From: Clostridia bacterium | GTDB taxonomy: Bacteria > Bacillota > Clostridia > Christensenellales > CAG-314 | DNA length: 64,000 nt | Direction of reading: 5' to 3' | NCBI GenBank assembly: GCA_028698585.1 | Contig: JAQVWG010000002.1 | Span: 150,250-214,249 of the forward strand | Shown: positions 29,263 through 38,447 of the stretch, one piece after another | Numbering within the stretch: position 1 is the first letter of the stretch | Layout: each line of letters begins with the position of its first letter | Made by a program: the position numbers and the translations under genes | The notes under the pieces: model-generated | What the model saw: the letters and a program-made list of their open reading frames with translations, nothing else | Databases searched by the model: none | What the model was told of the DNA's origin: nothing

Positions 29263-31224
29263 ATGGACTCATGTTGTTCGGTTAAGACGGCAAAAGAACC
29301 TTTTTTTCAAACTCTTAAATATCAGATAGTTTCGCTGAGTATATCCCTAGTATGCCTTGCGCTGTCCTTCTTCTGGCAGGATATCGTAGGTCGTCATAGT
29401 ATAGCATACTACTTGAACATAGGTTGGATTGGTGTAATCTTATGCTCCATACCGCTTGTATATACAGCGTTCTATAATCTGTTCAAACTGGGCAAAATCA
29501 AGAGTAGTCTACTGATAACTGTGGCGATTATCGCCTGCATTGCACTCGAAATACTCGACTGGTGTGGGGTAAGCGTAGCAGATGCACACTCTCACGGCAA
29601 CTACATCTTTACTGCAGGCGAGGTGGCTTTTCTTATGATGATAGGTGGCATGCTAGAGGATATAACTGTCAGGAAGAGCAAAGCGGGCATCGAAAAACTT
29701 GTCAATCTTGCGCCAAAAACGGCTTGGGTTAACATCAATGGCGAATACGTCAGCCTGCCTGTCAGTCTAGTGCGTATAGATGATACTGTGCTGGTCAAAC
29801 CATACGAGCAAGTGAGTGTGGACGGTGTTGTCTCAACAGGCAATAGCGCAGTCAATACTTCGGCAATAACAGGAGAGAGCTTGCCAACGGACGTAACCGT
29901 CGGTGATAATGTCTATGCCGGCACATGGAATCAGTCAGGAGCAATAGAAATAGTCGTAACTAGAGCTAGTAATCAAACAACGCTGTCCAAAATGGTGCAA
30001 TTGGTCAAACAAGCAGAGAACAACAGAGCACCGATAGCCAGTACTGCAGATAAGTGGGCAAGTATAATTGTGCCTTCTGCTGTAACAATTGCTGTGATTG
30101 TTTTTTTCGTAACACTACTTGGGTTCAAAGTGGGTTGGCAAGAGGCACTTGTAAGAGGAGTAACGGTACTCGTCGTGTTCTGCCCTTGTGCGCTAGCACT
30201 GGCTACTCCGACTGCAATCGCAGCGGCAATAGGTAATGCAACTAAGAGGGGCATAATAATCAAGAGTGGGCTAGCACTCCAAACATTATCTGCCGTTGAC
30301 ACAGTCGTGTTCGATAAGACAGGCACGTTGACTAAGAATGACGTTACCGTGGTAGACTATGTAACTAGCATAGATGATAAGCATTTTGCCATGTATGTCG
30401 GTTCTGTAGAAAAAACAAGTACGCACCCATTAGCGCAGGCATTAGTTAGGTGGGCAGAGAATAAGTCACCTTCAATTAGCAGTACCGATATGAATACACT
30501 GATAGGCGTAGGCGTGAGTGCCACTATCGAGGACAGACATGTAGTGGTAGCCAAATACACCCATTTCGGAGTGAGTTTTGCACCCAACTTCTTGGCCAAA
30601 TGCTCAAGTTGGCTCAATGACGGTCGCACCGTGGTCGGTGTGAGCGTTGACGATAATATAGTGGGTTGGATTGCCCTAGGCGATACTCTCAAGGAAGGTG
30701 CACTTCAATGTATCAATCAACTGCATTTAGCAGGTATCAGAACGGTTATGCTAACAGGTGACAACCAGTTCTCAGCCAAAATGATTGCCCTTCAACTGGG
30801 CATAGAAGAGTATCAACACAGTCTGCTACCAGAGCAAAAACTGCTTGCCGTACAACAGCTTAAACAATCACATAAGGTGTGCATGGTTGGAGACGGCGTC
30901 AATGACGCGCCCAGCCTAGCCACTGCAGATTGTTCAATGGCAATGGGGGTAATGGGTACTGATGTTGCCTTGCAGATAGCCGACATTGCATTAATGGCAG
31001 ACAGGATAGATAAGATTCCTGACCTTATCACATTTACACGCAGGGTACATCGCACGATAATACGCAACATGTGTATAAGTATGGCTATCAATTTGATTGC
31101 TGTGATACTGTCGCTGTTTGGACTACTCACACCCATTCTGGGCGCAGTCGTGCACAATCTCTCCTCACTGTTCGTAGTAATAACCAGCGCGCTTCTGCTA
31201 ACAGTTAAGGAAAAGCAGTATTAA
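29263..31224 (+). CDS. Heavy-metal translocating P-type ATPase (P1B), no N-terminal HMA domain, substrate unassigned
   Basis: 653 aa. CPC in TM6 (VVFCPCALALATP), DKTGTLT, MLTGDN, VGDGVNDAPSLA. The N-terminus has only MDSCCS. Confidence 0.85.
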   Translation: MDSCCSVKTAKEPFFQTLKYQIVSLSISLVCLALSFFWQDIVGRHSIAYYLNIGWIGVILCSIPLVYTAFYNLFKLGKIKSSLLITVAIIACIALEILDWCGVSVADAHSHGNYIFTAGEVAFLMMIGGMLEDITVRKSKAGIEKLVNLAPKTAWVNINGEYVSLPVSLVRIDDTVLVKPYEQVSVDGVVSTGNSAVNTSAITGESLPTDVTVGDNVYAGTWNQSGAIEIVVTRASNQTTLSKMVQLVKQAENNRAPIASTADKWASIIVPSAVTIAVIVFFVTLLGFKVGWQEALVRGVTVLVVFCPCALALATPTAIAAAIGNATKRGIIIKSGLALQTLSAVDTVVFDKTGTLTKNDVTVVDYVTSIDDKHFAMYVGSVEKTSTHPLAQALVRWAENKSPSISSTDMNTLIGVGVSATIEDRHVVVAKYTHFGVSFAPNFLAKCSSWLNDGRTVVGVSVDDNIVGWIALGDTLKEGALQCINQLHLAGIRTVMLTGDNQFSAKMIALQLGIEEYQHSLLPEQKLLAVQQLKQSHKVCMVGDGVNDAPSLATADCSMAMGVMGTDVALQIADIALMADRIDKIPDLITFTRRVHRTIIRNMCISMAINLIAVILSLFGLLTPILGAVVHNLSSLFVVITSALLLTVKEKQY

Positions 31225-31543
31225 TGTATTAAATCAACCAAGAATAATCGTTAGTGTTATGTTGACGGCGGGCTTATACGATAGTGGTATGTTGTCATAA
31301 CTAACAACGTCACTAGTTGTTGTAACGGTCGAAAAGAGAAATAACACTGTGAGTCTGTCATTAACACTATGAGCTGAGTTCGTCTTTACAGTCAAGATAA
31401 ACGTCAGCGTATGTTAACAGTGGGAAAAATCAGACGACCAAGATAGGATATTAGACAGTATTAGAGTTATGTTACCGACTGCAAGGTGTAGTTAACGGTC
31501 AAATGTGTGTAGTATTGATTCTTAAGGGTCAATTGTTATCATC

Positions 31544-31745
31544 ATAAGAGTGCCGTTGACAATCATAATTGTCCAATCGAGCTGTCGAAGTGTCCATATA
31601 TACTAACCAGAAGTGATACAGGTTAAAGGAGGGTAAATACCTTCATAAGAGTGCCGTTGACAATCATAATTGTCCAATCGAGCTGTCGATGTGTCCATAT
31701 ATACTAACCAGAAGTGATACAGGTTAAAGGAGGGTAAATACCTTC
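31544..31745. repeat. Tandem duplication, 2 x 101 bp with one mismatch
   Basis: 31544-31644 and 31645-31745 are identical except 31589 (A) versus 31690 (T). Each unit holds GTTGACAATCATAATTGTCCAA and ends in AAAGGAGGGTAAATACCTTC. Only the second copy is followed by a T-run. Confidence 0.95.
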
Positions 31746-31889
31746 TTTTTTTTCTTTCGAAGCGGTTTCTACAAAAATATACAGTTTTTTTTGCCAAAAG
31801 GTATTGCTTAAACAGTTATTTAGCAGTAAACTAACATAGTATAAACTTTTATTAAGGAATGCAAACCAAACTAAAAAAGGAGAAGTTGT

Positions 31890-34800
31890 ATGAACAAGAA
31901 ACTGACAAGATTGTTAGCGATGTTGATTAGTATTGTTATGCTACTTGGAGTGTTTTCTGCATGTGGCGAACAATGTGATCACGATCTAAACGATGACTGC
32001 CTATGCTCAAAGTGTAATAAATACATACACGACTATGAGAATGGCGTATGTACTCGTTGTGGCGCATTGAAGAACGACCCCACTCAATGTGCGCATACAT
32101 TCGACGGAACAGAGCCCGACAATATGGTATGTACCAAGTGTAATACAGTATGTAGGCACGAGAATATCACCAGAGGTATATGTCCAGACTGCGGTATTGA
32201 GTGTAAGCATAAGGTTGGCACTGCCAAGGCTTACGTAGACGGCGTATGTTCTGTCTGTGGTTATCAATGTCCACATAAGTGGGACGTATATGGAGTATGT
32301 AGTTATTGCGCATACCATTGTCCACACGATTGGGATGAGAATTACAGATGTACTATATGCGGATTTACCTGCCCACACTATTGGAATGCTACAACAGGTA
32401 CATGTGATAAGTGTGGCAAAGTATGTACCCACGATTGGATACTAGGTAAGTGCAACATATGTGGTATGGAATGTGACCACCAGTGGAATAGCGGTGTTTG
32501 CTCGGTGTGTAAATCTACCTGCCCACACGACTATTCTAATCAAGATGGTCAATGTTCGATATGTGATATGTTAGCCAACAGCACGCCAAGTGGTGATATC
32601 TATCATGCTAAGGATTACTACCGTGCAACAGACAGTAATACGGACTACACTGTTGAGTACTTCAACAACGCATGGTACGTTGACTTTACCGATGGTACAA
32701 CCAACAGCGTCGAAGCAGTGTTAAAGGGAGATTATTCTAGATACTCGTCATTAACAGTGGTCGTATCCGGTCTTGAAGGCATTACCATTAGAGTCGTACC
32801 TTTTGGCATCGAGTCGCTTGCTCAGACTGTTGCTCTAGAAGGATACTATGTGGATGCTGACGATACCGAAGGAACGGAATGGCAACCACGCAGATATAGG
32901 AAGGAAATCAATTTTGATATCAGCGGTGATGTACTTGATTCAGTTGACTGGACACAGGATTCCTTCATTTACTTCTACGCTAGTGGTACAGAGAGCAATA
33001 CACCACCGTACGACGATTTACATGACTTCATTCTATCCGATGTGATGTTCGATGTGGATCCAGTTGTAGCGTTTACTGCTAACCAACAGTTGTTCGAGTA
33101 CTGGTGCGACGATCAATTCATTATTGAGACAATGACCAATACTATCAATATTCACTACACCCTGCGTAACCCCGAAGTCTATGGTATCTATCACTATCCA
33201 GCAACTATGTACAGTATCAACCTAGACGAACTGGGAATGATTGATGATGAAGACGGGGACGGACTAGATGACGGACTAGAAGAATTGATTGCTGAGGTTA
33301 CATCATTTAATCGTGCCGAATTGACGGCTGACCAGCAACTGGTATATGACATAATGATTACATACTGTGAGAATATACAGAAGACTGTCGGTCTAGACTA
33401 TATTGGTTCTAACTTTGGTATGAGTGGTATTCAAGAGAATATGCCTACCAACCTAGCCGAGTATAAGTTCTATAGCGAAGAGGACGTAATAGACTACTTA
33501 GAGTTACAGAGACAGTTACCACAATTCTTCATTGATTGCGTAGAGTACGAGAGAATCAGAGCAGAACTTGGTTATGCACTGGATGACTACTCTATTGACG
33601 TTACTATTGATAACTGTGTAGACTTCCTCAAGGCAAAGACGACTGAGTTAACGCCTGCAGGTGGCGATAACTATATGTTGATTATGTTCGAGTCCAAGAT
33701 TAATGCATTGAAGGACTTGACACGTCAGGAGAAGGACGCTTACATTGCACAGAACGAAGCAGACTTCCTAGAATACACTGTGAATGCTTATCAATACGTA
33801 ATTGACCATCTAAGTGAAATCTATAATATCAAGACACAGTATGAACTAGATGATGATTATAATATCAACAACGAATTAGGTTATGCGTACTTAGGATTTG
33901 ATTGGTCACAGGTTAGGGACACAGATGAGTTCGCTGCATTGACAGATGCTGATAAGGGTGCTTCAATGTTGAACTCACTCAATGCAATGAGTGTTGCAGA
34001 TCAAAGAACAGCGCTGTTCTCAGTGCTATGTAAAGCAGAGCCATACTATTCTATCCCTGATGCAGATAAGTCGCCGATTATGCTATCAGTATACAATTCA
34101 TTGATTAGCACCACATCAAGTGACGCCAACAAGCAGATTGTATATGATATCGCAATTGATATATTCAGCGGAATGTCTCAATTCAGTTCAATAACTGAGG
34201 CACAAGAGAACGAATACATACTAGCCGAACTTAACTCTTATGCCGCTAACCCCAAGACAGCATTGATCGTAGCACTGTTCGGCGCAGAAAATAACTTCAA
34301 CACACTAACTGATGCAGATAAGATGACTGCATTAAGAGGCGTATACTTACAGTTGCCAGACAGACTGTTATCTGCACCACAAGTTAGATATTTTGCAAGT
34401 CTAACAACCAGCGAAAAAGAAGCAATTCTACTTGCATGTGAAAATCAACTGCCACTAGTAGTTCGTAGCGCACCAATACACAATTATTTCTATAACGTAT
34501 TAGCATCGAATGAAGAACGCGCACTAACACTTGCAAATAATTATAACTCTGCACCCGCTGCTATTACCGAGAATCTATTAAGATCAGTATTTAGCAGTTT
34601 GCCAGAGTCAGAGCGCAGGGCTATGCTTAAACAGACAGACGGTGCTCAATACTATGAGTACTACATGGAATACAGATCGGGTATTGTTGGCGACAGACTA
34701 CCTGCTATTGAGAATCCAACCATAACAGATATGACTGTTGACGAGATATTCGAGTGGTGTGTTGCTGATGCTAAGAGTGCCATTGCCGAGTTCAAGTCAA

Positions 34801-35699
34801 TTAAGGACAATAGCGCTAATTCTACTGCATACCAAGCATGGTGTGATTGCGTATTCATGGATGAGAACTCAGTCGCTGGTTATGGCATGACCAATCCATA
34901 CGCTATACTCGAACTACTCAAGACTATGATTACTGAGGATTTCCCAGAGTTGCCACCGAACAACTACACCTGTGAGCCTGTTCATCCGGCACTCCAAGCA
35001 ATCAACTCTGCAGCAGCATACTATATGATACCTCAGCTGGACGACTTTGCTACTAACTACATTTACTATAACCAAGCAAACGTTTCGGCAGGTTCGCTGT
35101 TCAGCACACTTGCGCATGAAGGTTATCCAGGACACTTGTTCCAGTATGTGTACTATTACAACACCAATCCTCACGAACTGAGAGATGTGTTCCGTTTCAC
35201 CGGTTACTCTGAAGGTTGGACCAAATACATAGAGGGATGGGTACCAGATAAGTGGGACTTTGGCGCACTTGATGCACCTATCACTAGACTGTATCAACTC
35301 TGGGAGCGTATATTCTACTCTATCATCTGTGTAGAGGACATCGGTGTCAATTACTTTGGATGGACCGCTCAAGATGCTCTTGACTACATCGAAGACAATT
35401 TTGATGCTGGCAACGTGCTAGAGTTGGATGATGGTCGTACCTTCACAATTAGTTCTCTATATGCATGGGACGGTTCGATATTCGAGATAGTTATCTCTGC
35501 ACCAGGTATGTACCCAGCATACAGTTGCGGTCAAATCAAAGTGACAGAGTTACGCGCTAAGGCTGAGGAAGCATTGGGTGACTTGTTCGTACTGAAGGAT
35601 TTCCACGTGGCATTACTCGAAGTCGGTCCTGCTCAATACATTTACGTAGAGAGAGCAATAGATGAGTACATAGCCCAAGTACTAGCAGACAATCCATAG
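31890..35699 (+). CDS. Giant lipoprotein: N-terminal array of about 11 C-x2-C-x3-C-x-H modules, expanded helical-repeat region, DUF885-type domain
   Basis: 1269 aa. Signal peptide with lipobox LLGVFSAC. Cys/His modules at residues ~26-228. DUF885-like motifs (LTADQQLVYDIM, HEGYPGHLFQ). AAGGAG SD. Confidence 0.6.
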   Translation: MNKKLTRLLAMLISIVMLLGVFSACGEQCDHDLNDDCLCSKCNKYIHDYENGVCTRCGALKNDPTQCAHTFDGTEPDNMVCTKCNTVCRHENITRGICPDCGIECKHKVGTAKAYVDGVCSVCGYQCPHKWDVYGVCSYCAYHCPHDWDENYRCTICGFTCPHYWNATTGTCDKCGKVCTHDWILGKCNICGMECDHQWNSGVCSVCKSTCPHDYSNQDGQCSICDMLANSTPSGDIYHAKDYYRATDSNTDYTVEYFNNAWYVDFTDGTTNSVEAVLKGDYSRYSSLTVVVSGLEGITIRVVPFGIESLAQTVALEGYYVDADDTEGTEWQPRRYRKEINFDISGDVLDSVDWTQDSFIYFYASGTESNTPPYDDLHDFILSDVMFDVDPVVAFTANQQLFEYWCDDQFIIETMTNTINIHYTLRNPEVYGIYHYPATMYSINLDELGMIDDEDGDGLDDGLEELIAEVTSFNRAELTADQQLVYDIMITYCENIQKTVGLDYIGSNFGMSGIQENMPTNLAEYKFYSEEDVIDYLELQRQLPQFFIDCVEYERIRAELGYALDDYSIDVTIDNCVDFLKAKTTELTPAGGDNYMLIMFESKINALKDLTRQEKDAYIAQNEADFLEYTVNAYQYVIDHLSEIYNIKTQYELDDDYNINNELGYAYLGFDWSQVRDTDEFAALTDADKGASMLNSLNAMSVADQRTALFSVLCKAEPYYSIPDADKSPIMLSVYNSLISTTSSDANKQIVYDIAIDIFSGMSQFSSITEAQENEYILAELNSYAANPKTALIVALFGAENNFNTLTDADKMTALRGVYLQLPDRLLSAPQVRYFASLTTSEKEAILLACENQLPLVVRSAPIHNYFYNVLASNEERALTLANNYNSAPAAITENLLRSVFSSLPESERRAMLKQTDGAQYYEYYMEYRSGIVGDRLPAIENPTITDMTVDEIFEWCVADAKSAIAEFKSIKDNSANSTAYQAWCDCVFMDENSVAGYGMTNPYAILELLKTMITEDFPELPPNNYTCEPVHPALQAINSAAAYYMIPQLDDFATNYIYYNQANVSAGSLFSTLAHEGYPGHLFQYVYYYNTNPHELRDVFRFTGYSEGWTKYIEGWVPDKWDFGALDAPITRLYQLWERIFYSIICVEDIGVNYFGWTAQDALDYIEDNFDAGNVLELDDGRTFTISSLYAWDGSIFEIVISAPGMYPAYSCGQIKVTELRAKAEEALGDLFVLKDFHVALLEVGPAQYIYVERAIDEYIAQVLADNP

Positions 35700-35735
35700 T
35701 ATCAACTCGATAATTGCATATTAACGTTTAGTATA

Positions 35736-35767
35736 ATGCACCGTTGACCGAGAGGTTGACGGTGCAT
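35736..35767 (+). terminator. Strong hairpin after the lipoprotein gene
   Basis: ATGCACCGTTGACC-GAGA-GGTTGACGGTGCAT, a 14-bp perfect stem. The U-tract is weak (TCGTCT). Confidence 0.6.
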
Positions 35768-35896
35768 TCGTCTACTCATAATTGATTACCAGTGAGCATA
35801 ATAACATTACTGCACTTAAGCAGTGTGCGAACAATCTATTATGAATCAGCATATGATTAATCTACATTAATGCTTAACTCAACTCTGCAATCTACC

Positions 35897-35929
35897 AAGA
35901 AAAAAACAAGTTCGTATCACGAACTTGTT
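35897..35929 (-). terminator. Intrinsic terminator on the minus strand, about 570 nt downstream of cdd
   Basis: Minus strand reads AACAAGTTCG-TGATA-CGAACTTGTT followed by TTTTTTTCTT, a 10-bp stem plus U7. Confidence 0.7.
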
Positions 35930-36498
35930 AAATTAATCTATGTATAGTTTGTGCTCATAAATAACTACCGTAGTTTGATAGGCACACAATATATCTATGT
36001 GTCGAGTTATGTATGATATGTGTCTCAATAGTAAAGCAATTATGTAGTCTAGTAACTACTCACAAGCCGAGTCGGTAGACTACATTGCTGTCCCTAGGGA
36101 GTGATAGGCAGACAGTTAGTTATCATTCTGTCTTATGTATGAGTATGAGTATGTACAGTAGCGTCGGTTATGCAACCAGTTATTCTCATAGGCATACCCG
36201 TACTAGATACACCATATACTAGTATTTATAAGTCAACTGCCCACCATACCAATGAATTAATCACTCGATAAATAACAGCTTAACTAATATCAGTCGTAAT
36301 CTATAAATATCCTAATACCATATTACAGAGCACATTTGCGTAATCACACACTGAGCCAAAACGCATATATGTAATCACACACTTTGCCAAAAAAACATCC
36401 ATAGCTTTGCATCGCATACATTCTTATATATTAGTCATTTCTTTGGCAAGGTGTTAATAATTAGTCAGTTGTTATGCTATTAACCGTAATAATGGCAG

Positions 36499-36915
36499 TT
36501 AGTCTGTTAATCTCTCGCTGGTTGAGGTAAATGTCCAGAATGGATAGGGGAGCAGTTGCTCAAGAGTCTTGACGTTATCATAGCCTAGGATGATTTCACA
36601 GTCCTTATTTGCCCTGTTGACTTGAGACAGTAGTTCTCTACATCTGCCACAGGGTGGGAAAAAAGTGTTGTTGCCAACAGCACACATGGCAAGCACTCTG
36701 GTCTCGCCGTCCATTATCATCTGACTGATACACGTATGCTCGGCACAGAATCCTATACCACACGTTACACCGATATCTATTCCAGTATATATCTTACCAT
36801 TAGCACCCAGCATGGCGCAACCGACGTATCCGGCATAGTTATCATAGTCTAGTTTACGATACTTTTGGACTTCTCTCGCTTTATTGAGAAGTTGAAGTTG
36901 CATTTCGTTGAGCAT
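36499..36915 (-). CDS. cdd: Cytidine deaminase
   Basis: 138 aa. Zinc motifs CAEHTCISQM and PCGRCRELL. GAGGGAG SD. Downstream of pdp in the same operon. Confidence 0.85.
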   Translation of the reverse strand: MLNEMQLQLLNKAREVQKYRKLDYDNYAGYVGCAMLGANGKIYTGIDIGVTCGIGFCAEHTCISQMIMDGETRVLAMCAVGNNTFFPPCGRCRELLSQVNRANKDCEIILGYDNVKTLEQLLPYPFWTFTSTSERLTD

Positions 36916-36930
36916 ATTGACTCCCTCTCA

Positions 36931-38244
36931 TTAATAATATTCTATCTCGTTAGCAGTGATGTATGCATACGCAATTTTGTGTTGTGGTGGTTGCGATTGA
37001 CCCAGTTCAATGGCGTTGGTAATCAGCTCTGCGCACTGCAGAGTGTTACGCCCAGAGTGATATAGTGTTGCAATCTTTTGACCTTTATTGACATAATCGC
37101 CTATTGACACGTGCAAATGCACTCCAACAGAGTGGTCGATAGAGTCGGTCTTGACTAGTCTGCCACCACCCAGTAGGGTAACTGCTATTCCTATATCGTC
37201 TGTTTTCATTGAGGTTACATAGCCAGATTTCTTGGCTGTGAGTATCATCTGTTTACCCAACGTAAACTTATCAGAATTATCTATATAGGACACATCACCC
37301 TTCTGCGCTATTACCATTTGGCGTAATTTCTCCAGTGCCTTGCCACTGTCTATGGCTCTCTCTATGGCTGTGCGTGCGCTATCCTTATCATATAGAGTGG
37401 TAAGTACGAGTAGTTTAGTGCCTACCTCACACATCTCATAGTACAGTCTGTTGCGCTCCCCCTTGAGAACGTTGATTGCGCTGATTATCTCAAGGCTGTT
37501 GCCAATGAGGGAGGATAGGGGTTGTTCCATATCTGTAATGAGGGCGCCCACGTTCTTGCCTGCCAGTTTGCCAATCTTGACCATAGATTTACCCAGCTCA
37601 ATAGCGTCGTGTACCGTTTTCATAAATGCGCCTTGACCGTATTTAACGTCTAGTAGTATTGTGCTTGTGCCACTTGCTAGTTTCTTACTCATAATTGATG
37701 AGCATATCAAGGGTAGACTATCAACTGTGGCAGTAACGTCACGGAGCGCATAGAGTTTCTTGTCTGCCGGCACTAGATTCTGTGTCTGTCCAACAACAGC
37801 ACAGCCTACTTGATTGACCACCTCGAAAAACTCTCTCTCATCTAGAGCTGTATCGAAGTTGGGTATGCTCTCTAGTTTATCTATTGTGCCACCAGTAAAT
37901 CCCAGTCCCCTGCCACTCATTTTGGCTACAGAGACGCCACAACATGCCAGTATGGGTGCTAGAGCAATAGTGGTAGTGTCGCCCACTCCACCTGTACTGT
38001 GCTTGTCAACCTTAGTCCCCTTAATGGCGCTCATATTCATAACATCTCCACTGTGTAGCATACAGTCTGTTAGGTAATAGGTCTCTTGTTCATTCATACC
38101 CATACAGCATATAGCCATTAACAGAGATGACATCTGGTAATCAGGAATGTCGCCCTTAGTAAAGCCGTTAATGAAAAAATCAATTTCTTCCTTGGTTAAT
38201 GCACTGCCACGCCTTTTCTTGTCTATAATATCATATACCCTCAT
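36931..38244 (-). CDS. pdp: Pyrimidine-nucleoside (thymidine) phosphorylase
   Basis: 437 aa. DKHSTGGVGDTTT, MSGRGLGFTGGTIDKLESIP and SIMSKKLA motifs. Confidence 0.9.
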   Translation of the reverse strand: MRVYDIIDKKRRGSALTKEEIDFFINGFTKGDIPDYQMSSLLMAICCMGMNEQETYYLTDCMLHSGDVMNMSAIKGTKVDKHSTGGVGDTTTIALAPILACCGVSVAKMSGRGLGFTGGTIDKLESIPNFDTALDEREFFEVVNQVGCAVVGQTQNLVPADKKLYALRDVTATVDSLPLICSSIMSKKLASGTSTILLDVKYGQGAFMKTVHDAIELGKSMVKIGKLAGKNVGALITDMEQPLSSLIGNSLEIISAINVLKGERNRLYYEMCEVGTKLLVLTTLYDKDSARTAIERAIDSGKALEKLRQMVIAQKGDVSYIDNSDKFTLGKQMILTAKKSGYVTSMKTDDIGIAVTLLGGGRLVKTDSIDHSVGVHLHVSIGDYVNKGQKIATLYHSGRNTLQCAELITNAIELGQSQPPQHKIAYAYITANEIEYY

Positions 38245-38374
38245 AGTCTACCTCTAGTGTCATTATATATAGTTATGGATAGGCTGTAATTATATCACAA
38301 GTACGTAACTTATTCAATTGTTATTGCGTAACTAGACAAAAAAATGGAAAACGCATACAGATTATTAAATACAG

Positions 38375-38403
38375 TTGAAAAAAGCCTAGACACGTGATAT
38401 AAT
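38375..38403 (+). promoter_or_regulatory. Promoter of the Gly-rich zinc-ribbon membrane protein gene
   Basis: TTGAAA (38375-38380), 17 nt, TGaTATAAT (-10 at 38398-38403). AAGGAG SD before the ATG at 38448. Confidence 0.65.
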
Positions 38404-38447
38404 ACTATAGATAATACTAGTGCATTAAGCAAAGGAGATGTGAGCAC

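Noticed and set aside
31603-31797. 64-aa minus-strand ORF running through the 101-bp duplication
   Set aside because: It changes reading frame between the two repeat copies, has no SD, starts inside a T/A homopolymer region, and has a basic low-complexity N-terminus.
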